A stretch of 64,000 nucleotides of DNA from an uncultured Bdellovibrionales bacterium (GTDB taxonomy: Bacteria; Bdellovibrionota; UBA1018; CAIPTA01): assembly GCA_964416595.1 (NCBI GenBank), contig CAYQES010000006.1:44414-108413 (forward strand), read 5' to 3'. The position numbers and the translations under genes were made by a program. Of the stretch, positions 59,191 to 64,000 are shown in pieces. Under the pieces are notes generated by a model that made no database searches, was not told the origin of the DNA, and worked only from the letters and a program-made list of their open reading frames with translations. Numbering within the stretch: position 1 is the stretch's first letter; each line of letters starts with the position of its first letter.

Positions 59191-59921
59191 GGGAAAATTC
59201 CCCCGGCCTTGGCCAAGAGGCCGTTGCCAAAATATTTTTGAAGTTTTTGACGAATCTTTAATTCCGTGGTTTGGATCCGCTCAGCCCTACTGATGATCGT
59301 TTCCATGGAAGCCGCAAGTAGTAGATAATGGCCGTTCCTTGAAGGGAGTTCGAATGCTTGTGGTAATATGTTGCGCATGCCAAATTTGGCGTAGATCGGA
59401 AACTTTGCTTCCCGGCAAACTGCCACGAGACCTTTCGGGTTAAACCGATCCACCGCAAGTTTTCCCGCCGAGCAAATCAGAAAGCGGAGGATCAGGGGGC
59501 TCAAAACTATATCTGGATTTATTACCAAGCGGCTAAATTCAACGTGGTCACGGTATTTTTGCCAATCCACCGGCAAGTCACTCAATAGCGACTGCGCCTC
59601 GAACGGAAATTTCGTTGCCCGGATGGAGGCGATGAGGGTGTGGCCAAGCCGTAGGGCGAGATGCACGCTACGGGCATCCACTGCGCGCTCGAGCTCAACT
59701 TCCTTCTCGTCACGAGCGCACATATAAGGCGCATGCCGCGTAAAATAAGCGGTTCGCAGGTTTGCAACGTCCAGGAGAGCTCGAGGATTCACTAAAGGTT
59801 CGATGAAGTCGAGCTTGAGATCGCTGGGTAATGCATTCAGTGTTTCTTGTGTTAGTTGGTACGCTATACTCTCACGGAAATGCACGGCGCCTCCTTTCGT
59901 AAATACGTCCAATTGCGCCAT
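59187..59921 (-). CDS. GNAT-fold N-acyltransferase of the LuxI / FeeM / OlsB (N-acyl amino acid synthase) superfamily
   Basis: LRTAYFTRHAPYMCARDEKEVELERAVDARSVHLALRLGHTLIASIR parallels the R-x-x-vF...E-x-D-x-x-D...H-l-l...G-t-l-R core of autoinducer-synthase-like enzymes. The long ORF extends to 60125 but would overlap the upstream desaturase by 262 nt. The internal Met at 59921 was chosen. Confidence 0.45.
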   Translation of the reverse strand: MAQLDVFTKGGAVHFRESIAYQLTQETLNALPSDLKLDFIEPLVNPRALLDVANLRTAYFTRHAPYMCARDEKEVELERAVDARSVHLALRLGHTLIASIRATKFPFEAQSLLSDLPVDWQKYRDHVEFSRLVINPDIVLSPLILRFLICSAGKLAVDRFNPKGLVAVCREAKFPIYAKFGMRNILPQAFELPSRNGHYLLLAASMETIISRAERIQTTELKIRQKLQKYFGNGLLAKAGGIFP

Positions 59922-61009
59922 AGAAGGGTGGCAAAAAAACGCCAAAATCCTTGGCGGCGAGAAAAACCAAAAAAACTTAGCTGCTCGGTCGTGAGTAACT
60001 GGTGTTTTAGGTAAAAATGTAAGCGCCACTGCTGGATCCAAGTTAGGCTCGGTCCCAGGTGGTGCGAAAAATGAAATATTTGTCCCCAAGGTCCGCCACC
60101 TACTAGAAGTTCCGTGATTCCACACCCCAATTCGCGGGTGCCGGCATTTAACTCCGCGGGCATTAGATTATGTTCAAAAGAATCACGAATCCTATCGAGA
60201 GAAAGCCCAACCCAGGTGGAAATGAAAACCAATCCGATCAGCGCGATCCACCAGTCAAGGTAGCGCGACAATAAAATCAACTCGATGCTTAAAGTTACCG
60301 CGCCCACAAAATAAGAGACTAAACGCGATCGCGTCCAAGTTTCTTCACCGTAAACCTGAAAATCCACCTTAAAAAGAACGCCGGCGCCGGGCAGGAGGGT
60401 TTTCGCGAGTCTCCTCGGATCTACAAATTGCACAAAAGTTTGATCTTTAAGGGTGCCTAGCTGGGAATGGTGGCTCGCATGATTTTCAGCGTAAAAAAAT
60501 GGATCGGCAAAAAATAGACGGCAAGCGTTTTGGGCGAGAAAGTGTAAAAATTTCGATTTCGTGACGCGCCTAATGGTCTGGTGCGCTGCCCATTCGTGCA
60601 TCGTATAGATTACCCACTGGTAAGCAAATACTCCGTGAAATAGACCCACCGCGAGGGCCACCAAGAGGGGATGTAAGCCGGCCTTTAAAAGTAATGGTGG
60701 AAACCAAGTGAGCAAAAGCACGAACAACAAAAATAGAAATAACACTGGCACTAGTTGTAAGAGAAAAGCGGAGGTGTGTTGTTGGCTATCTTTACGCAAC
60801 AAGGTGGTTATAAATAGTTTTATTTTTTCATTCTGAATTACTGAAAGACGAACACCCTGTATCGAATCATGTTCGCGGGAGTAGCGAGAAAATGCTGAAA
60901 TTTCGGCGGGATATGTTTTCATTTCGACCGACTCCATCCACTCTATGACATCGGGATGCCTGTTTGCGCGAAGAAATACCCTCGCCACAATAGATAGCAT
61001 AAAATTCAA
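59864..61009 (-). CDS. Membrane fatty-acid-desaturase-family di-iron enzyme (His boxes HEWAAH / HASHH / HFSHH); first gene of the operon
   Basis: Three His boxes and four or more transmembrane segments are present. Confidence 0.75.
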   Translation of the reverse strand: MNFMLSIVARVFLRANRHPDVIEWMESVEMKTYPAEISAFSRYSREHDSIQGVRLSVIQNEKIKLFITTLLRKDSQQHTSAFLLQLVPVLFLFLLFVLLLTWFPPLLLKAGLHPLLVALAVGLFHGVFAYQWVIYTMHEWAAHQTIRRVTKSKFLHFLAQNACRLFFADPFFYAENHASHHSQLGTLKDQTFVQFVDPRRLAKTLLPGAGVLFKVDFQVYGEETWTRSRLVSYFVGAVTLSIELILLSRYLDWWIALIGLVFISTWVGLSLDRIRDSFEHNLMPAELNAGTRELGCGITELLVGGGPWGQIFHFSHHLGPSLTWIQQWRLHFYLKHQLLTTEQLSFFGFSRRQGFWRFFATLLWRNWTYLRKEAPCISVRV

Positions 61010-61199
61010 TCATCTAGCTAAAATCTTAAGTCGAGGCACAAAAAATGCGGTTATCTTGGATCTTAATTTGTCAGAAAGGCCGAACGATATTCTGGAAATG
61101 ATAAAATCAAGTATTAGCCTTAAAGTGTGCTTATCGTAAGCGCGCCAGCTTTTAGTCTCGCCAAAGCCAGCGCACTCCTTTACAGAAAGCCAACTTAAA

Positions 61200-62114
61200 C
61201 TAAAAACACGGCTTATATTCTCGTGCTACCCGCAAAGTTTTCTGACCTGGTTTGCTCTGGGGTCGTAGCACTTGCCAATAATTTTTGTTTGAAGGAAAAA
61301 TCTTTCCCGTGCGAGCGAGATCTCGTCCCAAAATCGTAAGTCCGCACTCCAAGTTCTGCACTCCATCCAGAGAATCCATGCCCCGGCGGCAGCCATAGGC
61401 GTATTCTTTTCCGAGATGCAATTGCAATAAACCGGCGGCGATGCCGTTTACTCCCTGGGCTTTTACGCGCTCATTGCAGGAGCTTTCGAAATTGGCCATG
61501 GAAGCGATCAACCACACCCAGAAATTCTTTTTGTCTGCCTCGTTCATTTCCCGAAAGCGGGGGCAAACCATATCTAGATCTGCGTAATGATCCGCAAAAA
61601 GCTGGGGGTGTTCCTGGGGATTGATGCGATTCATAAGATAAGCGCCCCAATTGCCAAACTCTCCCCGCTCGTTAATGAAGCGTGTGCAGTTTTTATTCAC
61701 GCCAAGTGCTTTCGGATCAAAAGGGTGACGGCTGGTGGTATTAGTAGAAAATACTTCCTCCGCCGTTTTTTTCTCCGAGCCCACTTCCACAGACTCCACT
61801 ACAGGTTGTTTAAATAAGTAAGCGGGTCGCTCCACTCGCAAGGTTTCGCCCACTTTTACGGTCATGCCTTTTTCCAACTGCAGCCAATATTTTTTTCCTT
61901 TCACCAGCACTTGGGCGAAGTGATGACCGCCAGCTAAAACTCGCAATCCCACAACGGGATAACTATCTCCAGGCTGAGCGATGCCTGCCACTTGTTCCTG
62001 GGCGGAGAGAGTGAGGAGTTCAGGCAGGCCTGTTTCCTGGCCAAAAGCTAATCTGGCGGTGAAAAGTAAAGCGAGCCCCACGGCTAGCCAGGTGGTTAAG
62101 TTTATTCCCTTCAT
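61200..62114 (-). CDS. Secreted lytic transglycosylase-like protein (SLT domain)
   Basis: The signal peptide is MKGINLTTWLAVGLALLFTARLAFG. The SLT catalytic E-S motif is FESSCNE, with a downstream GLLQL motif. Confidence 0.6.
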   Translation of the reverse strand: MKGINLTTWLAVGLALLFTARLAFGQETGLPELLTLSAQEQVAGIAQPGDSYPVVGLRVLAGGHHFAQVLVKGKKYWLQLEKGMTVKVGETLRVERPAYLFKQPVVESVEVGSEKKTAEEVFSTNTTSRHPFDPKALGVNKNCTRFINERGEFGNWGAYLMNRINPQEHPQLFADHYADLDMVCPRFREMNEADKKNFWVWLIASMANFESSCNERVKAQGVNGIAAGLLQLHLGKEYAYGCRRGMDSLDGVQNLECGLTILGRDLARTGKIFPSNKNYWQVLRPQSKPGQKTLRVAREYKPCF

Positions 62115-62231
62115 ACGTATGCCTCCTTGAAGTCAAGCAACGCTGAACGGAATGGAAAAAAACTCTGCAACCGGTCGGGTCGGCTGAAGAATTCATCAAA
62201 TTGGGCGTGAGTTCAGTATGTATGCGCTTGT

Positions 62232-62271
62232 AAAGATTTGTCAAAAAAATCTTTAAACGGTTCCGTTTAAA
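62232..62271. promoter_or_regulatory. Nested inverted repeats in the AT-rich kdsB upstream region: AAAGATTT-N7-AAATCTTT overlapping TTTAAACGG-tt-CCGTTTAAA
   Basis: The repeats were read directly. They are followed by the small hairpin AGTTGC-ggt-GCAACT plus CTTTTTC at 62326-62347. Confidence 0.3.
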
Positions 62272-62459
62272 TTAAATATATTTATAAATATAAATAATTT
62301 ATTAAAAAGGGGGTAACTCGGCGAAAGTTGCGGTGCAACTCTTTTTCAAAAATCCAACATGACTCATAGCATAATTCACCCAAATAACTCTAGCAAAAAT
62401 CCCAAAATCTACGCTTTTCCCTTTACCTATTGCAGCGCTCTCTACTAGAGTGAAATTCC

Positions 62460-64000
<1,541 letters not shown>

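Overview
The window is a 64-kb chromosomal segment of a Gram-negative bacterium at roughly 53-55% GC, read by eye. It is gene-dense on both strands and carries KdsB, a WaaL-like ligase, FliL, bactofilin, PilZ and GGDEF proteins. No rRNA, tRNA, CRISPR array or obvious IS/transposon/integrase was seen.

Housekeeping backbone:
- alaS (5' part), a pgpA-cinA-recA operon, metH, greA-recG and carB.
- bolA-grxD, a split transketolase followed by a methylmalonyl-CoA epimerase-like VOC gene.
- queG, ald and kdsB-pyrG.

Accessory-looking content:
- An envelope glycan locus (WaaL-like ligase, two GT4 glycosyltransferases, UDP-xylose synthase).
- Two paralogous 371-aa metallophosphoesterases. One lies in a pseudo-receiver/coiled-coil-GGDEF-MPE cassette.
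- A secreted GH73 glucosaminidase with a partner ORF.
- A secreted trypsin-like plus beta-helix protein.
- A duplicated-domain H1-like nucleoid protein.
- A RelA/SpoT-domain protein.

The most striking candidate is a seven-gene, translationally coupled minus-strand operon at about 54.6-61.0 kb. It encodes two membrane fatty-acid-desaturase-family enzymes, a ferritin-like di-iron protein and a heme-oxygenase-like (HDO-type) iron enzyme. It also encodes a LuxI/FeeM/OlsB-like GNAT N-acyltransferase, a membrane hexapeptide-repeat acyltransferase and a GT1 UDP-glycosyltransferase. This looks like an undescribed oxygen-dependent lipid or acyl-amino-acid tailoring and biosynthesis system.

Several DNA-level signals were also seen:
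- A REP-like palindrome present twice.
- A GTAC-N7-GTAC direct repeat upstream of recA.
- Perfect palindromes in two long intergenic regions.

All functional calls come from reading translated motifs by eye. No database searches were run.
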